From Armatimonadota bacterium (GTDB taxonomy: Bacteria; Armatimonadota; Zipacnadia; Zipacnadales; UBA5352): 33,027 bases of DNA. The stretch spans positions 1 through 33,027 of the forward strand of contig JAYENL010000174.1 in NCBI GenBank assembly GCA_034722055.1, in the 5' to 3' direction. Below, one piece after another: positions 25,411 through 33,027 of the stretch. How positions within the stretch are numbered: the first letter of the stretch is position 1; each line of letters opens with the position of its first letter. Position numbers and translations under genes: made by a program. Under the pieces are notes generated by a model. That model was not told the origin of the DNA and did no database searches. It saw only the letters and a list, made by a program, of their open reading frames with translations.

Positions 25411-28308
25411 ATGACTATCACCTTCGCGAGGCCCGAATGGTTGCTGGCGCTCCCAGTGCTGCTGGGAGCGCTGTGGCACGCCGCGCGCCGCAGCTACGCC
25501 GACCTGCTCGGCTGGCGGCTGGCGGTGGCGTGGGCGGTGCGGGTGGTGATCGTGCTGGCTCTGGTCCTGGCCCTGGCCGGAGCGCAGCTCGTGCGGCCGG
25601 CGGAGAAGCTCACGGTGGTCTTCGCGGTTGACGCCTCGCACAGCGTGCCCAACGCGGAGCGCGATCGGGCCTACGAGTTGGTTCGCCAGGCGCTCGCGCA
25701 CCGGCGCCCCGGCCAGCGCTGCGCCCTCGTGGTCTTCGGCCGGCAGGCCATGGTGGAGGCAGAGTCCCTCGTACGGCCCGACGACGTGCACGTCACCGCC
25801 AGCCTGGACGGCGGGAACACCGACATCGCGGGCGCGCTGCGCCTGGCGCTGGGGCTCATCCCCCCGGAGACGGCCGGGCGCATCGTGCTGTGCAGCGACG
25901 GGAATGAGAACCTGGGAGCGGCCCGCGAGCAGCTCCTGGCGGCCGAGGCGGGGCGGGTGACGGTGGACGTGCTGCCGCTGCACAGCCGCAGCCAGCGCGA
26001 CGCGCTGGTGACGGACGTCAGCGTGCCCTCGGAGGCCCGCCGCGACGAGCCCCTCCAGGCGCGCGTGGAGGTCCGCAGCAGCTCGCCGGCGGAGGCCCGG
26101 CTGACCGTGCTGGTCGATGACGAGCCGGTCCGTACGCAGGAGGTGACCCTCGGCGCAGGCCGCCGGGCGTTCACGCTGCCGCTATCGATCCCCGATCCGG
26201 GCTTTCACCGCGTGGACGTGGTGCTGGAGGGTGAGGGCGACGGCCTGTCGGAGAACAACATCGGCACCGGCTTCGTGCGCGTCCGCGGTGAGCCGAAGGT
26301 GCTCGTCGTGGACGCGAGCCCCCAGGAGGTCGAGGCCCTGCAGCGGGCGCTGAAGCTGCAGGAGATCGAGGTGCGTGTCGGCGGGGCGCCGTCGCTGCCC
26401 ACCAACGCAGCGGACCTGGAGGATTGGGACGCCGTCTTTCTCTCCGACTACCCCTCCTGGGCGATGACCTATCAGCAGATGCAGATGCTGCGCAACGGGA
26501 CCCGCGACCGGGGCATCGGCCTGGGGATGATCGGCGGGGAGTACGGCTTCGGGGCCGGCGGGTACTATCGCTCGCCCGTCGAGGAGGCGCTGCCGGTGAG
26601 CATGGACGTCACCAAGCAGCGCAGCTTCCCGGCGGCGGCGGTGCTCATCGTCATGGACACCTCGGGGAGCATGGGCATGATGGAGGACGGCTATCAGAAG
26701 ATCGAGCTGGCCGCGGAGGCCGGCTGCGCCATCGTGGACCTGCTGCAGCCCTACGATGCGGTGGGCTTCGTCGCCAGTGACCCGGCGCCCACTGAGGTGG
26801 CGCCGCTGCGCAAGCTCACCGACCGCGAGGCGATCAAGCAGGACATCCGCTCGGTACGGGCGGGCGGAGGCGGCATCTCGGTGTTCCCCTCGCTGCAGGC
26901 GGCCTACCAGGTCCTCAGCCCCGACAAGTCCCCGGTGCGGCACATCATCCTGCTGGCCGATGGCAGCGACTGCGACCAGCAGCAGGGCTCGGTGCCGCTG
27001 GTTCGGCAGATGGCCTCCGAGAAGATCACCGTCACCGCCGTAGCCTTCGGCGACGGCCCCCACGTGCCGTTCCTCAAGGACGTTGCGGCCGCCGGCCAGG
27101 GGCAGTACTACCTGACCGAGCGCGCCCGGGACCTCAAGGGCATCTTCACCCGCGAGGCCCTGAAGGTCGCCAAGTCCGTGCTCATCGAGGAGACCTTCCA
27201 GCCCCATCATGCCGAGTCCAGCGAGCTGACGGCCGGCTTCGACTGGTCGTCGGCGCCGCCGCTGATGGGCTACGTGGCGACGACGCGCAAGGAGCTGGCC
27301 CGCACGCCGCTGGTGTCGCACAAGGCCGATCCGGTGCTGGCGCACTGGCAGTTCGGACTCGGTCGGAGCCTGGCCTTCACCTCCGACGCCAAGGCCCACT
27401 GGGGGGCCCACTGGCTGGACTGGTCGGAGTTCACCAGGTTCTGGGCGCAGGCCGTGCGCTGGGCGCTGCGCAGGCCCGACAGCGGCCTGCTGCATCCCCG
27501 GATGGAGCGCACGGCCGAGGGCGCCCGGATCGTGGTGGACGCCGTCGCCGAGGACGGCTCGCCCATCAACGGACTCGACCTCCGCGCCACCCTGGATGTG
27601 CCCGGCGGCGAGGCGCGGGAGCTGCCGCTGCCTCAGAGCGGCCCCGGCCGCTACGAGGCCCCCGTGGAGGCGACCGCCTCCGGGGCCTACGTGGCGGGGA
27701 TCGTGGCCCGCGGTCCCGGCGGCTTCGAGGCCGAGAAGAGCCTGGGCTTCGCGGTGCCCTACCCGCCTGACTACGCCGATGTGGAGGCCGATGAGGCCTT
27801 CCTCCGGCGGGCCGCGACGCAGACCGGCGGGCAGATCATCAAGAGCCCCGAGCAGGCCCTGGCGCCGCCGGAGGCCTTCCCGGCCACGCACACCGACATC
27901 TGGCGCCCCCTGCTGTGGCTGGCGGCGCTGCTTCTGCCACTGGATGTCGCGGTCCGGCGCCTGGTCATCAGGGCCGAGGACTTGGCGCCGGCCGTCGAGG
28001 CCGTCGGCGCGGCGCTCGCCAGGCTCCGTCCCCGGCGCGCCGCCCCGGAGGCGGGCACGGTCGGGCATCTGCTGGAGGCCCGCCGCGCCGCGCGGGAGGA
28101 GCGTGAGGAGCGCCCCGAACCTCCTCCTCCGGAACCACAGCCCCCGCCGGCCGCGGAGCCGGCCAGGCAGCCGCCTGAGCGCGAGCCGGTGCCCGCGCCG
28201 GAGCGACCGCGCCCCGAGGAGCCCGACCGCGAGCGAGAGGCTGAGGCCGCCACGACCACCGGCCGGCTGCTGAAGCGCAAGCGTGAGCTCCGAGGCGAGG
28301 ACGAGTAG
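25411..28308 (+). CDS. Membrane protein with two vWA domains and a glutamine-amidotransferase-like domain
   Basis: N-terminal TM pair. MIDAS-like DASHS (LCSDG) and DTSGS (LLADG). GLGMIGGEYGFG...PVEEALPV, HWQFGLGRSLAFTSD, C-terminal TM and Pro-rich tail. Confidence 0.9.
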   Translation: MTITFARPEWLLALPVLLGALWHAARRSYADLLGWRLAVAWAVRVVIVLALVLALAGAQLVRPAEKLTVVFAVDASHSVPNAERDRAYELVRQALAHRRPGQRCALVVFGRQAMVEAESLVRPDDVHVTASLDGGNTDIAGALRLALGLIPPETAGRIVLCSDGNENLGAAREQLLAAEAGRVTVDVLPLHSRSQRDALVTDVSVPSEARRDEPLQARVEVRSSSPAEARLTVLVDDEPVRTQEVTLGAGRRAFTLPLSIPDPGFHRVDVVLEGEGDGLSENNIGTGFVRVRGEPKVLVVDASPQEVEALQRALKLQEIEVRVGGAPSLPTNAADLEDWDAVFLSDYPSWAMTYQQMQMLRNGTRDRGIGLGMIGGEYGFGAGGYYRSPVEEALPVSMDVTKQRSFPAAAVLIVMDTSGSMGMMEDGYQKIELAAEAGCAIVDLLQPYDAVGFVASDPAPTEVAPLRKLTDREAIKQDIRSVRAGGGGISVFPSLQAAYQVLSPDKSPVRHIILLADGSDCDQQQGSVPLVRQMASEKITVTAVAFGDGPHVPFLKDVAAAGQGQYYLTERARDLKGIFTREALKVAKSVLIEETFQPHHAESSELTAGFDWSSAPPLMGYVATTRKELARTPLVSHKADPVLAHWQFGLGRSLAFTSDAKAHWGAHWLDWSEFTRFWAQAVRWALRRPDSGLLHPRMERTAEGARIVVDAVAEDGSPINGLDLRATLDVPGGEARELPLPQSGPGRYEAPVEATASGAYVAGIVARGPGGFEAEKSLGFAVPYPPDYADVEADEAFLRRAATQTGGQIIKSPEQALAPPEAFPATHTDIWRPLLWLAALLLPLDVAVRRLVIRAEDLAPAVEAVGAALARLRPRRAAPEAGTVGHLLEARRAAREEREERPEPPPPEPQPPPAAEPARQPPEREPVPAPERPRPEEPDREREAEAATTTGRLLKRKRELRGEDE

Positions 28309-28365
28309 TTGGGCCGGCCTCCTGGAGACGCTTGCGCTCTCTCCCCACGGCGACAGCGCCGCCCC

Positions 28366-28502
28366 CGGGTGTTTCACACCCGTCGTCGCGCGACCCTTCC
28401 ATACGGCCACCACCAACGGCTGGCCGGAGAGTGGTCCGGCCCCTCCATACGAAAAGGCCTTGCCTGCGCCGCCTGTTGTAGGGCGCGGACCTGTGCCGCG
28501 CC
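28366..28502. repeat. Cluster of REP-like palindromes downstream of the operon
   Basis: Hairpin CGGGTGT-TTC-ACACCCG (28366-28382). Two direct units ending CC(T/C)TCCATACG, 46 bp apart (28382-28405 and 28422-28451); the second contains GGCCGGA-N6-TCCGGCC. An opposite-facing GTAG-GGCGCGG-N7-CCGCGCC at 28478-28502. Confidence 0.7.
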
Positions 28503-28700
28503 GGTTGTTGCCGTTTTCCGTCCGCTGTCCCGTGGCAGGCACACTCCTGTGCGTGCGTCGTTCCTGTTCCGTACCTCCCCCATGCCGGAGGGGGAAGGCC
28601 GTGCGGCAAAGGAGCGGTGCTGGACGGTGGCGGCGTGCGCCAGCTTGTGTACTGTCATGCCGGCTGCGCAGAACCGTTCGCGTCCGCGGGGGTCTATACA

Positions 28701-28718
28701 GGTGAGCGCGAATTCACC
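28701..28718. promoter_or_regulatory. Candidate TetR operator (GGTGA-N8-TCACC)
   Basis: Inverted repeat between a TATACA hexamer (28695-28700) and the SD of the TetR gene. No convincing -35 found. Confidence 0.4.
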
Positions 28719-28738
28719 CTCGGGGAGGTTCGGCCGCC

Positions 28739-29335
28739 ATGCGGTCGCGGAGCAAGGGAGAGATCCGGCGCGAGGAGCTGCTCCGCGCGGCGCTGGAGCT
28801 GTTCTCGACGCGAGGCTACGACCGCGCCACCACCCGCGAGATCGCGCAGCGCGGGGGCGTGTCGGAGGCTGCGCTCTTCAAGTACTTCCCCACCAAGCGC
28901 GAGCTGTTCATGGAGGTGCTGCGCTCTTTCGGGCCCGCGGAGCTGTTCGATCTGCTGTGGGACGACCTGGCCGACCGCCCCGCCGATGAGGCCCTGACCA
29001 CCGCGCTCACCCGCCACCTGGACGTGTGGTGGGAGCACCGCTCCTGGCTGCGGGTGCTGTGGCAGGAGGCGGGGCGCGATGACGAGGCGGCGCGAGAGCT
29101 CCGCGAGCAGTTCCGGCGCTTCCGTCGGGGCGTTCGACGACTGCTGCGGGAACTGGCGGAGCGCGGCGAGGTGCGCGAGGAGGCGGCGAGGGCGGCCGCC
29201 CAGGTCATCCTTATGGCTATCCGCGGCTTCCTTCACCGGGCCGCCCGCCGCGCGGAGAAGCGGGGCTGGCCCCAGGCGCGCGACGGCTTCGTCCACGGCC
29301 TCGTGGACGTCCTGCTCCGCGGCATCGCGCCCTGA
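28739..29335 (+). CDS. TetR/AcrR family transcriptional regulator
   Basis: HTH RREELLRAALELFSTRGYDRATTREIAQRGGVSEAALFKYFPTKRELF. SD GGGGAGG. Confidence 0.96.
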   Translation: MRSRSKGEIRREELLRAALELFSTRGYDRATTREIAQRGGVSEAALFKYFPTKRELFMEVLRSFGPAELFDLLWDDLADRPADEALTTALTRHLDVWWEHRSWLRVLWQEAGRDDEAARELREQFRRFRRGVRRLLRELAERGEVREEAARAAAQVILMAIRGFLHRAARRAEKRGWPQARDGFVHGLVDVLLRGIAP

Positions 29336-29387
29336 GCACCACTGCTTGCCCGCGATCTCCCGGCCCGCGTGCTGCGCCGAGTAACGC

Positions 29388-29987
29388 TCAGCCACGCCAG
29401 GCCACCTGGTTGGGGACATCGGGGGCCACGTCAAGCCGACTCTCCCACTCTCCCAGCAGCCGTCGGTGGGCGGCCAGTACATCGGCGTAGCCGGCGTCGT
29501 CCGCGAGGTTGGTCAGCTCGCCGGGGTCCTGCACCATGTCGAAGAGCTGCTCGGTCTCGTCGCCGGCGTAGGTGATGTACTTGTAGCGCTGGGTGCGCAC
29601 CATCCGCCCGCTGTTGGTGTTCACCTCGGACACGCAGAAGTCCCGCCAGGCGGCGTTGCCGCCCTCGAGCGCCGGCCGCAGGCTGCGACCGCGCATCTCG
29701 GGCGGGGGCTCCACGCCGGCGTAGTCGCAGATGGTGGGCGTGACGTCCAGGCCGCTGACCAGGTGCGCGTCATCGGTGCGGCCCGCGGGGACCTGCCCGG
29801 GCAGCCTCACCACCAGCGGCACCGCCAGCGCCTCCTGACAGGGCTGGTTCTTGCGCGTCATCCGATGGTGCGCAGTGCCCTCACCGTGGTCGGCGATGAA
29901 GATCACCAGCGTGTCGTCGGCGTGTCCGCCATCCTCCAGTGCCTGCAGCACGCGGCCGATCTCGGCGTCCACCATCTCGACGTGACG
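29388..29987 (-). pseudogene. Sulfatase-like hydrolase, C-terminal remnant (5' truncated)
   Basis: VEMVDAEIGRVL...DTLVIFIADHGE, VPLVVRLPG, LVSGLDVTPTICDYAG, GRSLRP, RMVRTQRYKY, EQLFDMVQDPGELTNL. No N-terminal (C/S)xPxR motif, and the upstream in-frame sequence is not sulfatase-like. Confidence 0.85.
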
Positions 29988-30076
29988 AGGGCCGCGTCCT
30001 CTACTTCGGCGGCTACGACGCCGCCGGCCGGCGCAAGCGCGAGGCGGCCTGGCTCTACCGCGCGCACGTAAGGTGA
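29981..30076 (+). pseudogene. Probable 3' remnant of an unknown plus-strand gene
   Basis: Reads RDEGRVLYFGGYDAAGRRKREAAWLYRAHVR-stop with nearly all G/C-ending codons. No start or SD; it abuts the sulfatase remnant. Confidence 0.5.
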
Positions 30077-30146
30077 TCGCAGGATTCGCCGCCATCTGTG
30101 GTCAATCTACCTCCCGACGGCCAATCGCCGCTGAGGAGGCCCCGCC

Positions 30147-32117
30147 ATGCGCTTACTCTGCCTGACGCTTGCCCTGCTCGCCGCCTGCGTCGTTGGGACC
30201 GCAGACGACTTCGCGTACGTCCCCCTCGACGACTTCGAGGACGCCTCGCCGTGGGTGAAGGGTGATCCCAAGACCGACATGACCCAGCGCGATGCGGCCG
30301 TCTATGCCACCGACGAGCGCGTCAGGCAGGGCGAGCAGTCCATCGCCTTCGAGATCCACGTGAACTGGACGCCGCGCGAGGGCGAGGAGTACCCTAAGGG
30401 CTGGCCGATGGTGATGCGCGACCTCCAGCCGCCGCGCGACCTCTCCGAGTTCGATCGCGTCTTCTTCTGGCTGTACACGGAGACCGAGGATCCCCTGCCC
30501 CAGGGCCGCGTGCTGCGCGTGGGCTTCTTCCCCGAGGGTGAGGAGGCCAGGGGCGACCCATGGTACACTATCCCCGGCATCAGGCCCGGCGAGTGGCAGG
30601 AGGTCTCGGTGCCCCTGGACCACTCCATCGACCTCACGCGCATCAACCGCATGGGCTTCTACGTCGCGGAGCAGTGGTATCAGGACGGCGACCGGATCAC
30701 GTTCTACATCGACGACATGCGCCTGGCGCGGCGGCTCAACCCGGTCTTCCTGGACGCGTCGTCCACCGCCCGGACCCACGAGCGCGACGTGCTGGTCGTT
30801 GACGTGAAGCTGGAGGGCACCCCTGATCCCGAACGGCACTCCGTCCGCTGCACCGTGATGGACGCAGCGGGTCGCGCGCAGTCGGACTTCCGCTGGCGCG
30901 TCAAGGACAAGCTCCAGCGCTTCGACATGTCACTGCACGGCGTGTCGGCTGGCGACCACCGCGCGCGCATCGAGCTGCTGGACGAGGCCGGGCACGTCCT
31001 GGACAGCCGCGAGCAGTACTTCCGCAGCCTGCCGCAGGGAGAGCGCAGCTATCTGAACCTGATCACCTTCTACTCCTCCGGCATGTGGCACAATGACAAC
31101 CTGGAGATGCTGGAGGTCCTCAACGCCTCCGCTTACGCCGGCGTGGCGGTGCCCCTCTGGGGCGCCTACGACACTGAGCCCGTGGAGGACTTCGAGGACG
31201 TTCAACCGAAGCTTGACCGGGCTCGGGAGCTGTCGGATATCGACCTCTGGCCCTGGGTCTTCTCCAATCGCTTCATCGGCATTCCCGAGGACGCGCGGCG
31301 CCACGGCAGCCGCACCGATGAGCCGCCGGAGTACTTCCAGCGCATCCCCATCCTGGATCTCGATAACGAGACCGGCGCCAGGGCCGATATGATGAAGATG
31401 TGGCGGATCGCGGTGCGCGCCGCGCGCCATTGGGACGCCCCGGGCATCGTCCTGGACCTGGAGGCCTACAACAACTACCCAAGCTACCACGTGAAGTACA
31501 CTGCCGAGCGGCGTGGCGAGAGCTACGCGACGGTCATCGACAAGTGCGAGAAGGTGGGCGAGGACCTGGCGCGCATCGTGGAGGAGGAGTACCCCCAGTG
31601 CATCATCTGGACGCTCTTCAGCCGCCTCGACCGCCCCACCACGCTGCCGGGCTGCGATAGCCCGGTCTATCCCGTTCCGGGGCACATCAGCCTGGGCTTC
31701 CTGCGCTACGCGAAGGCGCACCATCTGCCCTGCAAGTACCTGTGCGGCGGGGAGACCAGCCCCGGCTACTACAACCGCAACCTGGACGCGCTGCGCGACA
31801 AGATCGTCAGCCGGGACCGTGACATGGCGCCGATGCTGCAGCAGTTCCCGGACCACTTCTTCCTGGCGGGAACCATCTCGCCGTACCACGACCTCAGCGT
31901 CGCCACGAGCTGGATCAAGGCCAGGGCCGGCGACGACCCGGAGCTGAAGACCATCCAGGACTTCGAGCCCATGTTCCGGGAGCTGTTCGTGGCCTACCAG
32001 TGGAACTGGATCTACGCCTCCAGCGCGGCGAAGACGCTCCCCTATGACCCCGAGCACAGCGAGATGTACAGCGAGGTCCTGGAGGCGGCGCTGCAGGATG
32101 CTGCCGGCGGCCGCTGA
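30147..32117 (+). CDS. Secreted protein with N-terminal CBM11-like galactose-binding domain and putative glycoside-hydrolase-like C-terminal domain
   Basis: SD GAGGAGG and signal peptide. LDDFED, RDLSEFDRVFFWLY, GEWQEVSVPL, IDLTRINRMGF and TFYIDDMRL. Later PGIVLDLEAYN. Confidence 0.6.
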   Translation: MRLLCLTLALLAACVVGTADDFAYVPLDDFEDASPWVKGDPKTDMTQRDAAVYATDERVRQGEQSIAFEIHVNWTPREGEEYPKGWPMVMRDLQPPRDLSEFDRVFFWLYTETEDPLPQGRVLRVGFFPEGEEARGDPWYTIPGIRPGEWQEVSVPLDHSIDLTRINRMGFYVAEQWYQDGDRITFYIDDMRLARRLNPVFLDASSTARTHERDVLVVDVKLEGTPDPERHSVRCTVMDAAGRAQSDFRWRVKDKLQRFDMSLHGVSAGDHRARIELLDEAGHVLDSREQYFRSLPQGERSYLNLITFYSSGMWHNDNLEMLEVLNASAYAGVAVPLWGAYDTEPVEDFEDVQPKLDRARELSDIDLWPWVFSNRFIGIPEDARRHGSRTDEPPEYFQRIPILDLDNETGARADMMKMWRIAVRAARHWDAPGIVLDLEAYNNYPSYHVKYTAERRGESYATVIDKCEKVGEDLARIVEEEYPQCIIWTLFSRLDRPTTLPGCDSPVYPVPGHISLGFLRYAKAHHLPCKYLCGGETSPGYYNRNLDALRDKIVSRDRDMAPMLQQFPDHFFLAGTISPYHDLSVATSWIKARAGDDPELKTIQDFEPMFRELFVAYQWNWIYASSAAKTLPYDPEHSEMYSEVLEAALQDAAGGR

Positions 32118-32149
32118 CGAAGCGCGCAACCGGAGAGAGATGGGCGGAA

Positions 32150-33027
32150 ATGATGTCCGTGCGCTCGGTCGTACCGATGGTCCTCATGCTGCTCGCAAGC
32201 ATTGTCGGCGTCCTCGGCGAGGAGGCGGAGCCCGTGATCACCGTCCGCCACGTGCGGAGGCTCGAGAGCCCGTTTCCCGACGGCGGGGGCGGCGGCAACA
32301 GCCACCTGCTGCCGGGCATGCCGCCTGACGGGCCGCGCTTCGCGGTGAGCTGGTCCAAGGGCTACGAGGACTGCACCGCTGCGTTCTACGACGCCGGCCT
32401 GGAGATGATCGCGAGGTGGCGGGAGCCGGTGGCCGGCGGCGACAAGGTCATGGCGGTGACGGCCGGCGACCTGGACGATGATGGGAGCTGCGAGATCCTG
32501 CTCACCGTGCGCAAGCAGGCGCCGGGGGCCTATGCGCTGCGATGGAATGAGGACGCCGGGACCCTGGAGACGGTGTGGTCGTTCCTGGACGTTCCCCGGG
32601 GGCCCTACTACCGGGGCATCGCTGTGGGGAACTTCACCGACCATCCTGGCAGAGAGGTCTGCTTCGGGGGCGATGGCACGGGGCTGTTCCTGCTGGACTC
32701 GGGCGGCGCCCTCATCGCTTACAGCGACCGGCCCGCCAAGACCATCCAGTACATTGACGTCTGCGATGACGATGGCGACGGATACGACGAGATGCTCGTG
32801 TGCACCGGGCGCGGCCCCGGCGAGGTCTACTACCTGAAGTGGCACCCGACCACGCACACCTTGCAGACGCTGTGGCGCGCCGACGTCACGCCCCACGGAC
32901 GTGGCGGCAACAACTGCTACGAGGCCCACTATCATCCCAACGGCCACCCGAACGGCGGCCCGGCCATTGCGGTCAACACCGAGCAGGAGGCGCCGCCCGA
33001 GGCCCGGGCGGGATCGATCCTGATGCT
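32150..33027 (+). CDS. Secreted FG-GAP-like repeat (beta-propeller) protein, truncated by the window end
   Basis: Absent from the ORF track because it has no stop in the window. Manual translation gives MMSVRSVVPMVLMLLASIVGVLG (signal-like), then repeats AGDLDDDGSCEILL, VGNFTDHPGREVCF and VCDDDGDGYDEMLV. Confidence 0.75.
   Translation, partial: MMSVRSVVPMVLMLLASIVGVLGEEAEPVITVRHVRRLESPFPDGGGGGNSHLLPGMPPDGPRFAVSWSKGYEDCTAAFYDAGLEMIARWREPVAGGDKVMAVTAGDLDDDGSCEILLTVRKQAPGAYALRWNEDAGTLETVWSFLDVPRGPYYRGIAVGNFTDHPGREVCFGGDGTGLFLLDSGGALIAYSDRPAKTIQYIDVCDDDGDGYDEMLVCTGRGPGEVYYLKWHPTTHTLQTLWRADVTPHGRGGNNCYEAHYHPNGHPNGGPAIAVNTEQEAPPEARAGSILM

Noticed and set aside
28382..28451. Mini CRISPR array from the two direct repeats
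   Set aside because: Only two imperfect ~15-nt copies 46 bp apart and no cas genes; a REP-like reading fits better.
28283..28997. Short ORFs across the operon-TetR intergenic region
   Set aside because: No SD or motifs, and they run through repeats or overlap the TetR gene out of frame.
29988..30095. N-terminus of the 235-aa minus-strand ORF as a real sulfatase start
   Set aside because: Arg-rich sequence unlike a sulfatase and lacking the catalytic motif; better explained as the antisense of a plus-strand gene remnant.

Overview
High-GC bacterial DNA (roughly 70% GC by eye, not computed). The gene content resembles a polysaccharide-degrading environmental lineage such as Armatimonadota or PVC; this taxonomy is inference only. 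(1) 181-8624 (+): Gfo/Idh/MocA oxidoreductase, a secreted LamG-type protein, a large secreted CBM9-like/DUF6067-like putative glycoside hydrolase, a secreted 757-aa protein with tailspike/tail-fibre-like ends, and a coupled endonuclease V homologue that has lost all four catalytic residues. (2) 8605-15111 (-): a modular GH42-like enzyme and a lyase-like protein, separated by a strongly structured, REP-like intergenic element. (3) 15389-28308 (+): an eight-gene coupled operon behind a near-consensus sigma70 promoter, joining an ABC-2-type exporter to a MoxR AAA+/DUF58/two-vWA module and a Cys-rich coiled-coil membrane protein. (4) 28309-33027: REP-like repeats, a TetR regulator, a junction where two gene 3' remnants (a sulfatase and an unknown gene) abut back to back, a secreted CBM-like protein and a truncated FG-GAP-like protein. 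I saw no rRNA, tRNA, CRISPR array or transposase. All family calls come from motif recognition, with no database search.
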